A stretch of 29,093 bases of DNA, taken from Macrostomum lignano. Its lineage: Eukaryota. Positions 12,323 through 29,093 of this stretch are shown here, piece after piece (position 1 is the first letter of the stretch; every line of letters begins with the position of its first letter). The notes beneath the pieces are model-generated. The model ran no database searches and was not told the DNA's origin. It saw only the letters and a list, made by a program, of their open reading frames with translations. A program made the position numbers and the translations under genes. Where the stretch lies: positions 30,499-59,591 of the forward strand of contig NIVC01004994.1 of NCBI GenBank assembly GCA_002269645.1. Reading direction: 5' to 3'.

Positions 12323-12474
12323 CTGCGAGTTGAAATGGGGATTTGGGTGCAATATTATGGGCTGCGTTCTGGCTGGATTCTTTTATTTGTCTGTCTGTCT
12401 GCTGTCCTGCGTTTGTGCCCATCTACTCTCAGTATCTGTTCATCTACTCTCAGTGTTTGTCCATCTATTTTCAG

Positions 12475-15316
<2,842 letters not shown>

Positions 15317-15329
15317 TCATTATTCTTCA

Positions 15330-18325
<2,996 letters not shown>

Positions 18326-21300
18326 TTAAGAGGATTCAGTCTCAACTCTCAAGAAACTTGATAAACAAGAAGACAGATAGAAAGACAGGGTGAGAAATGA
18401 TAAAAGTCTGTATTCGCTTGACAGGTCAGATCAGATAGCCGTACAATCTCTAAACATGCTTAATTATTTGCCAGATCTTGTTCGACTGTGAGTGCTTCGA
18501 TTCTGAGATGCTACACTAAAGCAGTAAGATCAGTTAATAGGTACATTTTGAAAGGCAAGTAACTACTAATAAGACTCAAAATATAGTTATGTTTTCCTTG
18601 ATCCTAAAGTTAAACAAATTACATATATTTAGGCTATAAAAACAAAGATTGTAATAAATTTTTTTATTTAGAAAGCACTAGACTAGCCCATTAAGCCCCT
18701 ATAAGGGCATTCAAATTCCAAATTCAAACACCAAAAGCATTAAAAAACATGTTTTTTAAATACTTGACTCATTTTCAAATCGATTTTTCATTGTTTGAAG
18801 TTTTACATAAGCACCCTAAGCCCTATGGTATGTGTTTGAATTTAAAATTTAAATATTGAAAACAATTAAAAACATTGTTTTTTTAATATTTGACCCATTT
18901 CCAATTATGGTATAAGTATTATATACCAATTTTCCAAATGAATATGAATTAACTGGGCACAGATATTGCCCCCATCTGCAACTATGTCACCTTTGATGTA
19001 TTGTAAGATAACAAACAAGATCAGAGCAGATTAGGGGATTGATGAAAAAAGCTTTGCACTCTGCATTTCAACCTTTTCAGGTTAGCTTTATAACCCCTAC
19101 TCTCTCTCATCAATTGTCTATCAGACTGGTTAGTACACAATAAAATTCAGTCAATACTGCAATTAAATTGCAAGCCCACCATGCAAAAGGATCATAAAAT
19201 TCTATTGTGAATACATATTCTACACTGTACATTGGCCAAGGAGAGACCTAAATGGTTGAACTAAATAATCAGATAATAAAATGGAGTGCTCATTGGAAGC
19301 ATTAAAAATAGTTTGAATTTTAATTTTTCATCAAAAAAGTTATGCATGATCTCCAAAAATTAGAAATCAACCAGATGGTTTTCAAAAAAATCAACAACTG
19401 AGAGATAGACAAATAGTGCAAAATGGGTATATAGATTTTGCTTTGATATTAATATAATTATACTTAGTTGCTATGCCCATCAATCAATGTTGGCATTGAT
19501 ATAACAATAAACAAATAAAATTTTGATCAACAAAAATAACTTCTTTAGTCTTTTTCAACTGACAAACTTATTTAAGGATTTCTTACTAAGACTGACAAAC
19601 ATTGTTAGATTTTAATTAATACTTTAATAAATAATTAATCCAATCAGTAATACCCCAGTATATTCTATAGAATCATAATATCCCATTCAATGCCTTAAGA
19701 AGACATGTCCTATTATCATACCATATTTTTTCATCAAGCTACTTTATACTAGAGCAATATCCAATTGTATATTACATTTTTGGGCAAAACAAATACACAC
19801 TGGAAGTTTTTACCACAATGTATACCTTTTGGAATGGCTTAGCACTATACATGTGCAACCTTGGGAATCACTAGGCCTTTTCTATTGGCAACACACATAT
19901 ATGACTCATATATGTAAGTCACTATTGGCTGAGAGTAGTCACATGAGTACTATTCCATCCAATAGCAACTTACATGTATGTGTTACCAATAGAATGAAAT
20001 GCCCAGGTGAGTCCCTAGGTTACACCTAAGCATGTTTAGCACTACACAAGATATTATTATTTTTTATATGCCATATTGTATAGTCTATACCATCTGTGCT
20101 AGATAATATAGAGTTGGTTAGACCATTTTACTGCATCCCAGGATAGAATATTTGTATGGCAATTTAGGAATAAAAAGTTGCCGTATATATATCAGTTTTT
20201 ATCCCATAACAAGTTTTTTTTCATATCATGACATTAAAGGTCCTTTTTGCAGTTTTAATAATAAAGGACCTTTTTAAGGAAGGCAAGTCTTATATATATA
20301 TATTATTTGTGTTACATGTAAATAAAAATATTTTCAAAAAAATTATGCTACTTTGAGTCTACAATCAGGAAGGTGGTAGATTTCACATAAAATTGTGACA
20401 ACGGAATTTTCTAATGCACACAGCACTTAGTTCACACATAAAGTGTGACATATAAATGTGTACTTGCTCCTTTTTCAAATATTCAATTTAATTAAAATAG
20501 CACAAAAAATGTTTTGAATATACAAAGAATACATATTTTACTGAAAAATTTAAATATAACAATTGTTTTTTTATTAACATTGAGGAAAAAAATAAAAAAA
20601 TACATATAAGTCAATATTCAAAATAAGATTATTTGTTGGACACTACTACAACTATGAACTGGCTAAATTAGAGTCTGGGGATGATATAGACATTTAATTT
20701 TTTAGATTTGTGACTATTGGTATTGTTTAGCCTTCTTTTATGATTGATGCATTTTGTTGTAGAACCTATAATTTGTTATATTGTTATATCATAGCTACTA
20801 TTAATACAAAATGCAGATTTTTTTCTTGGTATACATGCAGTTTTTTACTTGGCACACAGTGCACAATTAAAAATTTGTCTAGAGATTTATTGTAGCACAT
20901 ATGGCATACCTTTCTAACCATGGCTTTGAGTTTTTTTGTTGTATATGATTATCACAAAAAGTATACACAAGTATGCAAGTTTATCAACTATGTGTATACA
21001 AATGCAAGTTTTTTAATACAAATAGAATATGGCCAAGATTTTATAAAAAAATTAATTTTGGTCTACACTAGGATTAAGAAATAGTGCTAGGCTATTAACT
21101 ACTTTGCACAAGTATTTTCCATGAAAAAAGGCTAGGCTTACCTTTGACTATTTTACTTTTTCATTTAAAAAGATTATGGTGATAATCCTTAGAAAGATAG
21201 GTGGGTAGTCACCTAGGATTGCTACCTTTCCAATATTTATGCCATTATCAAGAATAATAAAAAGCCTTAAGTTAAGTGAAGGTCAAAAAAAGCTTAAATG

Positions 21301-21483
21301 TTATATAAGCAATAAAAAATTATCTAAGCTTGATAAAGCCTAGTATTAACTATCAACAGATGGTCAAGGCTTTTGGCTACATGTCATAAGCTAGGCCTAC
21401 TAGTCATAGTCACTGACTTTGGCAAAAAGATATTTCTATAATAAACACTTTAGCAAATGGCAACAAGACATTTTGGTAAAAAG

Positions 21484-21882
21484 CAGTGGCGTACTTAGTG
21501 GGGAAGATACAGGAATATATCTCCTCATTTTGATAATTTATAAAAAATTAAAATAAAGTTTTTTGAAAAAAGCAAACTAAAGCGGCTTAGACTTGACAAA
21601 ATTACAAAAAATGGCCTATTTCACCTATAAACAAATATAAAAATGTTTTATATGATATTTCTATGAAGCCTTAGTTCTTAAAATGCATAGACAGAACAGA
21701 TATTTACTGGCTTTATTTTGATTTTAACAAAATAAAGTTTTTTAGCTAAATAAACATGGTTTTAGTACTTTTAAGTTTTAAATGCATATTTTAAGCAAAA
21801 AATTGCAAAAAACTATTTTATTACTCTACAATTTTGTCCCTAAAAGTTATTCCCCCTTTTTAAAATCCTAGGTATGCCATTG
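21484..21882. mobile_element. Degenerate hAT-like MITE (about 400 bp)
   Basis: Left end CAGTGGCGTACTTAG; right end CTAGGTATGCCATTG (reverse complement CAATGGCATACCTAG), 12/15 match; AT-rich non-coding interior. No clean TSD found. Confidence 0.5.
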
Positions 21883-22083
21883 CACTAGGTAACAGTCATT
21901 TTGGCAATAATATTAGGCCATTTCAGGAAATTAACTATTTTAGTACATGGCTGACTTTTATTTTCATTGTACTATCATAAAAAGAATTATTAGCAATCCT
22001 TTATCATTAAATAATAAATCCTTGTATTTTTTCTATTTTTAGGCCTACTTTACCAATACCACCTTTAAAATAGGGCCTAAATG

Positions 22084-22715
22084 GGCAATCCTGAAGATTC
22101 CCACGTTTAATTATTTTACGCATTTGGTGGGCCCAAACAAACAAGACACAGCTTGGTGGGCCCAGAGTGGACATTGAGATCAATGAGTCCAAATTCATGC
22201 ATTGCAAGTACCACCAGGGGCAGTACCATGAAGGCCACTGGGTGCTGGGCATAATGGAGAAAGGCACTCATCAATGCGTTCTTATTCCTGTGCCAGACCA
22301 TTCAGCCAACATACTGCTGCCAGTGATCAACCAGCATGTGCTTCCAGGGACATGAATCGTCACTGATCAGTGGGCAGCCTACAATACACTGGCAAATCAC
22401 CTGATAGTGAACCATTCACTGCATTTCCATGACTCAAATAACCTAGACACTCACACAAATACAGTCGAGGGCATGTGGGCCCACTGCAAGGCCAAATTCC
22501 AGGCCATGCACAGGACTTTGGATGCCCTTTTTGTTTTTAGCACATACCTGCAAGAGTTCATGTGGGGCCGGGCCTTCCTGGACCATCAGTTTGGCAATAT
22601 CCTATACTGGATTGGACACTATTACCCATGCCAATAGTGTAACACTGACAGACTTTTTTGATTGGATTGCTTTAATTCCATAAAATAATTAAACCCGGGA
22701 ATCTTCAGGATTGCC
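22084..22715 (+). mobile_element. Internally deleted Merlin-superfamily (IS1595/ISXO2-like) DNA transposon, 632 bp
   Basis: 35-bp TIRs (22084-22118 GGCAATCCTGAAGATTCCCACGTTTAATTATTTTA; 22681-22715 is the reverse complement with 2 mismatches), 8-bp TSD CCTAAATG (22076-22083 and 22716-22723), internal DDE remnant. Confidence 0.92.
22128..22637 (+). pseudogene. Decayed ISXO2-like DDE transposase (C-terminal catalytic part only)
   Basis: QLGGPRVDIEINESKF..KYHQG..WVLG..DHSANILLPVI..VLPGT*IVTDQWAAY..VNHS..HTNTVEGMW matches the IS1595-family motifs; in-frame TGA at 22353-22355; first catalytic D is N. Confidence 0.88.
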
Positions 22716-22739
22716 CCTAAATGAAATACAAATATAAAT

Positions 22740-23720
22740 CGCTTGTCAAATCACTAGGCCCCCCTACTTATTCTTCAATTCATATTGTATTCATATTGTA
22801 TCCAGGTTTTTTGTCGAAATTTCTTCCCCATTGTCGCCAAAATTAGTCCCTACTCCCCGCCTACTGTCGCCGAAAAATTCATTTGTCTCAAAATTGTTGC
22901 CAAAGCCCGAAGTGTCCGTCGCCGAAATGTCTTGTTGGCGACGTGACTGGCAGCCCATGTCATAGATACAGTACAAGAAAGTGGGAGCCTACTGGTACTG
23001 GTATAATGTATATCATATCTATATCCACAAATACTAATTAATTTCTTATACTAACGCCAACAGCCTTTGCGTTTGCCTTCTTAATTTGAACATTAAAAAA
23101 TCGTATTTCGGTATTTTGTATTTAAAAAGTGGCTGAGACACAGCCTGTTTTGGCTAGTGGAAAAAAATAAAGTTTGTCCACTGAATTCGTGCAGCAACTT
23201 TATATTTCTGTAGTTCTTCTAAACTCTAATTCGCTTTCGCTTTTAAATCCAAATACCTTACACTGGCTTATTGCTTCTGATGCCAAACAAAGAATACTTT
23301 TCTTGGAACAAAATTAGCAATAGCATTTTGAAAAGTCGCCAAATCGTATTTATGTCAGGTTTCTAAAAGAAAAGCACTGAAACTGTCTACTAAATTTTTT
23401 AAAGCATTTTTAAGGGCCAAAAGCTATAAAGTAAACGCAAATTATTTTTACTTTGGTTTACTGATTTTATCAAGCGTACACACTATAAACGTATTTTTTA
23501 AATTCGACAGGGTTTCAGTTTTTCATGTCAAAGTAAGTCGGTGTTTAGTTTTAGTTAGGATAAGTATAGTGTTTTCGTACAAATCACATCCAATTTCCAC
23601 AATTTGAAAACTACTAAGCAGTGTCTGTTTGTTTTTTGATTTCCTTTTAAAACATGTTTTTGTGACTTGCCTTTCTTTTTAACCTTCGTTTTGACTTCAT
23701 TTGTTCTTACGGCTTGTCGG
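22740..23720. promoter_or_regulatory. CpG-retaining segment upstream of calcineurin A; candidate (possibly bidirectional) promoter/5' UTR region
   Basis: CpGs are frequent here and nearly absent on both sides; candidate 5' UTR donor AAA|GTAAGT at 23533 and acceptor TACTAAT..TCCTTAG at 23797, 15 nt before the ATG. Confidence 0.4.
22805..22958. repeat. Dispersed repeat with reiterated GTCGCC(G/A)AAA motifs (probable transposon end); related degenerate copies at about 25025-25098 and, inverted, about 21400-21480
   Basis: gtcgccgaaatgtcttgttggcgacgtgact versus gtcaccaaaatgtcttgtcgccaaagtgact (25061-25090) and the reverse complement of tggcaacaagacattttggtaaa (21458-21480). Confidence 0.55.
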
Positions 23721-23812
23721 TAATCAACATAAAAAATTGTTTAGAATTAGATTTAGTATATTTAAAAGTAAGTTTTACTTGTTTACTAATTCCTTAGACA
23801 AAGCACATTGAA

Positions 23813-23855
23813 ATGTCAACGACCAAGCCGTCTACCACAGAGCGAGTTGTTCAAA
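23813..23855 (+). CDS. PPP3CA: Calcineurin A (PP2B catalytic subunit) coding exon 1, MSTTKPSTTERVVQ
   Basis: Matches the calcineurin A N-terminal STTDRVVK motif; ends A|GTAAG (phase 1) and joins the next exon as AGT (Ser) to give [14 protein letters not shown]. Confidence 0.85.
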
Positions 23856-25160
23856 GTAAGAGAGATGCTCATGTGTATAGTGTATATCACTTAATTTTTA
23901 TCTGGCATTTAACAAACTCAAAAGAGCACAATTATTTAAAAAATGGTCTTGACTTAGTGGCGCAGCAGTTTTTTTCAGATTAAAGCTATGATTTTTGGGG
24001 TGCCAATCACCTTAAAATGATAAATATTTATAAAAAAGTACTTCAAGTATGCTAATTAAGTCTCACTACAGACTTAAAGGTGCATACATGTCTCCCTCTC
24101 TTTAAACCCCTCTCTCTAATGGAATGTCTAGACCTATAAACTGGTGTAGATTTTCATATTTGAAGACCAACCCCTGCAGTATTTTAGCAATGTTAACACA
24201 GAGATTTTTAGACAACTTCCACTTCATTCCATATTCAGATCCTTTTTTCCAGCAAACAAACAGTTTTAGAGAAGGAAATAACTTTTTGTCTGCTTAGCAG
24301 ACAAACTATCAGCAAACAAAATGACTAGCACCCCAATCTAGTATCCCCTTTTCAGGCACCCAATAAGCAAGGACCATAATTATTTATGCAAATCCATAAT
24401 AAGGCACATTTTCTTAAGAACCAATTTCTTTTTAGTTTTATAAATCTTATTTGAGTAAAATTGTCATATTCAAAGATGCTTACTATGAATTCCTTGCTTC
24501 TAAAAGTAAAAAAGGAGACAACAAAACAAAGCCCTTATAAAGATAATAGACATTCTCCCAAAATTGAAAGCATCCTTCAGAATATAAGTATCCCTCCAAA
24601 TAACAAATATTTCCCAATAGCAAGCATCCCTAAGATAGCAGGTTCCATACATGCGCAACTTCCAAAATTCGGTTGGCCATGCAACTTAGTTTTAACAAAA
24701 ATGCAACGTAGTTTTTAGCCAAAAATGCAACTTACATATAAAAGAAACCCTAAAGCAAAATTAATGCAACTTTGGGTAAACGGCAGGAGTAACTATAACT
24801 GTCTTGTAACTAATCTTAGTACACTAACTAAATCCACAGTTGGCTGCCTATCTATTTTGAAGGTAAAACAAAAATAATTATAATAACTTTTGCTATAATA
24901 GTAAAATTAAAATAAAAGTTAGTCATACCCTTCATTAAAATAAAATAAAATGAAATAATCAGTCCATTTAAGTATCAAGCAGAAGCTGCATCTTTATTTT
25001 GTTAAATGGATATATTTGAAGATTTTGCCAAAATTGTCTAACATTATTGCCAGAATGTTTGTCACCAAAATGTCTTGTCGCCAAAGTGACTAATAGCCAC
25101 AAGTGCTTTATGATGACAAAGTTTGCTGTTATACACCCTATGTAAATATATAACAAGGGA

Positions 25161-25200
25161 CTACTACTACTACTACTACTACTACTATACTACTACTGTT
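25161..25200. repeat. (TAC)n microsatellite in calcineurin A intron 1
   Basis: Direct inspection. Confidence 0.85.
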
Positions 25201-25558
25201 ACTGCTATTTTACTACTAAGTTACTATTAAAATCTTAGTTATATAAATCTCTTGAATAACATTCGCAAGTGAAGTGGAAAGCCCTACACTTGTGAATTAT
25301 ACAAATTTTGGTATTGACTAGTTTTCATTACCAAGATAGGAGCTTTTAGAAACATAGGAGCATTTTGTTAAAGTTCAAGCTATATTTTCATAAAATACTG
25401 CCAGAGAGTAGCATTCAACCAGAGTTGGTTTGCATCTTCTAAGTGCATTTTTTCTTGACCAAATATGCCCCATGGAAAAAAGCAAAACACCCATATTTTT
25501 AAACACTGCCAATCTGAAATCCTGACTTGACTTAAATCCTCGCTCACCAAACATCCAG

Positions 25559-25883
25559 GTGTTCCCCTGCCTCCAGCGCACCGGCTGACCCTTCAAGAAG
25601 TTTTTGATGCAGGCGGCAAGCCCAATGCAGCCAAACTCAAAGAGCATTTCACATTGGAAGGCCGTCTCACGGATGAGGCCGCTCTGAAAATCATCAACGA
25701 TGGAGCCGCCCTGCTTCGCCAGGAGAAGACTATGCTGGAGGTGGAAGCCCCGGTGACTGTCTGCGGCGACATTCACGGCCAATTCTTCGACCTGATGAAG
25801 CTGTTCGAGGTTGGCGGCGCGCCCGGCACCACTCGCTACCTGTTTCTGGGGACTATGTGGACCGGGGCTACTTCAGCATTGAG
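25559..25883 (+). CDS. PPP3CA: Calcineurin A coding exon 2 (catalytic domain start) with a 1-nt deletion in a G run near 25848-25851
   Basis: catccag|GT; [55 protein letters not shown], then a frameshift to [11 protein letters not shown]; donor GAG|GTGAGG. The exon is 325 nt where 326 keeps frame. The gene presumably continues beyond the window. Confidence 0.92.
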
Positions 25884-25907
25884 GTGAGGCTGTCCCGCGT
25901 GCTCTTT

Positions 25908-28900
25908 CAGTTTCACTCCATCAGAATGTGTCACTCCCTCACTCTCTCAGAATGTGTCACTCCCTCACTCTCTCAGAATCTGTCACTCCCCCACTCTCTC
26001 AGAATCTGTCACTCCCTCACTCTCTCAGAATCTGTCACTCCCTCACTCTCTCAGAATGTGTCACTCCCTCACTCTCTCAGAATGTGTCACTCCCTCACTC
26101 TCTCAGAATGTGTCACTCCCTCACTCTCTCAGAATGTGTCACTCCCTCACTCTCTCAGAATGTGTCACTCCCTCACTCTCTCAGAATGTGTCACTCCCTC
26201 ACTCTCTCAGAATGTGTCACTCCCTCACTCTCTCAGAATGTGTCACTCCCTCACTCTCTCAGAATGTGTCACTCCCTCACTCTAGAATGTGTCACTCCCT
26301 CACTCTCTCAGAATGTGTCACTCCCTCACTCTCTCAGAATCTGTCACTCCCTCACTCTCTCAGAATGTGTCACTCCCTCACTCTCTCAGAATGTGTCACT
26401 CCCTCACTCTACCTGGAATCTGTCACTCCCCACACTCTCTCAGAATGTGTCACTCCCTCACTCTACCTGGATCTGTCACTCCCCACTCTCTCAGAATCTG
26501 TCACTCCCCACTCTCTCAGAATGTGTCACTCCCTCACTCTCTCAGAATGTGTCACTCCCTCACTCTCTCAGAATGTGTCACTCCCTCACTCTCTCAGAAT
26601 GTGTCACTCCCTCACTCTCTCAGAATGTGTCACTCCCCACTCTCTCAGAATGTGTCACTCCCTCAGAATGTGTCACTCCCTCACTCTCTCAGAATCTGTC
26701 ACTCCCTCACTCTACCTGATCTGTCACTCCCCACTCTCTCAGAATCTGTCACCCCACTCTCTCAGAATCTGTCACTCCCCCACTCTCTCAGAATCTGTCA
26801 CTCCCTCACTCTCTCAGAATGTGTCACTCCCTCACTCTACCTGGATCTGTCACTCCCCACTCTCTCAGAATGTGTCACTCCCTCACTCTACCTGGATCTG
26901 TCACTCCCCACTCTCTCAGAATCTGTCACTCCCCACTCTCTCAGAATGTGTCACTCCCTCACTCTCTCAGAATGTGTCACTCCCTCACTCTCTCAGAATG
27001 TGTCACTCCCTCACTCTACCTGGATCTGTCACTCCCCACTCTCTCAGAATGTGTCACTCCCTCACTCTACCTGGATCTGTCACTCCCCCACTCTCTCAGA
27101 ATCTGTCACTCCCCACTCTCTCAGAATGTGTCACTCCCTCACTCTCTCAGAATGTGTCACTCCCTCACTCTCTCAGAATGTGTCACTCCCTCACTCTCTC
27201 AGAATGTGTCACTCCCCCACTCTCTCAGAATGTGTCACTCCCTCACTCTCTCAGAATGTGTCACTCCCTCACTCTCTCAGAATCTGTCACTCCCTCACTC
27301 TACCTGGATCTGTCACTCCCCACTCTCTCAGAATGTGTCACTCCCTCACTCTACCTGGATCTGTCACTCCCCCACTCTCTCAGAATGTGTCACTCCCTCA
27401 CTCTCTCAGAATGTGTCACTCCCTCACTCTCTCAGAATGTGTCACTCCCTCACTCTCTCAGAATGTGTCACTCCCTCACTCTCTCAGAATGTGTCACTCC
27501 CCCACTCTCTCAGAATGTGTCACTCCCTCACTCTCTCAGAATGTGTCACTCCCTCACTCTCTCAGAATCTGTCACTCCCTCACTCTACCTGATCTGTCAC
27601 TCCCCCACTCTCTCAGAATGTGTCACTCCCTCACTCTACCTGGATCTGTCACTCCCCACTCTCTCAGAATCTGTCACTCCCTCACTCTCTCAGAATGTGT
27701 CACTCCCTCACTCTACCTGGATCTGTCACTCCCCCACTCTCTCAGAATGTGTCACTCCCTCACTCTACCTGGATCTGTCACTCCCCCACTCTCTCAGAAT
27801 CTGTCACTCCCCACTCTCTCAGAATGTGTCACTCCCTCACTCTCTCAGAATGTGTCACTCCTTCACTCTCTCAGAATGTGTCACTCCCTCACTCTCTCAG
27901 AATGTGTCACTCCCTCACTCTCTCAGAATGTGTCACTCCCCCACTCTCTCAGAATGTGTCACTCCCTCACTCTCTCAGAATGTGTCACTCCCTCACTCTC
28001 TCAGAATCTGTCACTCCCTCACTCTACCTGGATCTGTCACTCCCCACTCTCTCAGAATCTGTCACCCCCACTCTCTCAGAATCTGTCACTCCCCACTCTC
28101 TCAGAATCTGTCACTCCCTCACTCTCTCAGAATGTGTCACTCCCTCACTCTACCTGGATCTGTCACTCCCCCACTCTCTCAGAATGTGTCACTCCTCACT
28201 CTACCTGGATCTGTCACTCCCCCACTCTCTCAGAATCTGTCACTCCCCACTCTCTCAGAATGTGTCACTCCCTCACTCTCTCAGAATGTGTCACTCCCTC
28301 ACTCTCTCAGAATGTGTCACTCCCTCACTCTCTCAGAATGTGTCACTCCCCCACTCTCTCAGAATGTGTCACTCCCTCACTCTCTCAGAATGTGTCACTC
28401 CCTCACTCTCTCAGAATCTGTCACTCCCTCTACTGGATCTGTCACTCCCCACTCTCTCAGAATGTGTCACTCCCTCACTCTACCTGGATCTGTCACTCCC
28501 CCTCTCTCAGAATGTGTCACTCCCTCACTCTCTCAGAATGTGTCACTCCCTCACTCTCTCAGAATGTGTCACTCCCTCACTCTCTCAGAATGTGTCACTC
28601 CCTCACTCTCTCAGAATGTGTCACTCCCCCACTCTCTCAGAATGTGTCACTCCCTCACTCTCTCAGAATGTGTCACTCCCTCACTCTCTCAGAATCTGTC
28701 ACTCCCTCACTCTACCTGGATCTGTCACTCCCCCACTCTCCAGAATGTGTCACTCCCTCACTCTACCTGGATCTGTCACTCCCCCACTCTCTCAGAATCT
28801 GTCACTCCCTCACTCTCTCAGAATGTGTCACTCCCTCACTCTACCTGGATCTGTCACTCCCCACTCTCTCAGAATGTGTCACTCCCCCACTCTCTCAGAA

Positions 28901-29093
28901 TCTGTCACTCCCCACTCTCACAGAATCTGTCACTCCCCCACTCTCTCAGAATCTGTCACTCCCCCACTCAGAATCTGTCACTCCCTCACACTCAGAATCT
29001 GTCGCTCCCTCACACTCAGAATCTGTCACTCCCTCACTCCCTCAGAATCAGAATCTGTCGCTCCCTCACTCTCTCAGAATCTGTCACTCCCTC
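25908..29093. repeat. 26-bp minisatellite, over 100 copies (TCAGAATGTGTCACTCCCTCACTCTC), in calcineurin A intron 2; runs off the window end
   Basis: Period 26 (26-aa repeat spans 3 units); interspersed CTCTACCTGGATCTG variant. Confidence 0.97.

Noticed and set aside
18700-18910. 12-bp inverted repeat AAATTCAAACAC/GTGTTTGAATTT plus a degenerate direct repeat of about 45 bp
   Set aside because: AT-rich, no TSD or clear boundaries; could be a MITE relic but is not supportable.
22128-22637. Bacterial IS1595 contamination or horizontal transfer
   Set aside because: Flanked by a TSD within host DNA, shares the local CpG decay, and fits the known eukaryotic Merlin superfamily.
19829-25156. Short AT-rich ORFs (19829-20029, 24461-24718, 24968-25156, 22791-22976)
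   Set aside because: No motifs or splice support; expected by chance in intergenic and intronic DNA.
25857-27592. ORFs of 142-263 aa (MCHSLTLSECVTPSLSQNVSLPHSLR repeats)
   Set aside because: Translation of the intronic 26-mer array; only the first DRGYFSIE residues are real calcineurin sequence.

Overview
Eukaryotic (animal) genomic DNA, not prokaryotic: spliceosomal GT-AG introns, and roughly a third of the window is tandem repeat. The style (minisatellite-filled introns, polyQ-rich exons) resembles the flatworm Macrostomum lignano, but that is inference only. Two recognisable genes lie head-to-head. A complete 4-exon Misshapen/MAP4K4/TNIK/MINK-family kinase (about 1182 aa; minus strand, 18304->10741) has a polyQ linker and a CNH domain. 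The 5' part of a calcineurin A catalytic subunit (plus strand, from 23813) has a 1-nt deletion in the GDYVDRG motif. Between them sit an internally deleted Merlin (IS1595/ISXO2-like) DNA transposon with 35-bp TIRs and an 8-bp TSD, a degenerate hAT-like MITE, and a strongly CpG-depleted domain consistent with germline methylation. A candidate unannotated spliced ORF lies at about 3.2-3.7 kb. I found no CRISPR, rRNA or tRNA, and I cannot support a wholly new biological system. The best leads are the methylation footprint, the decoy splice-acceptor array, the two architecturally related 35-mer satellites and the orphan exons.
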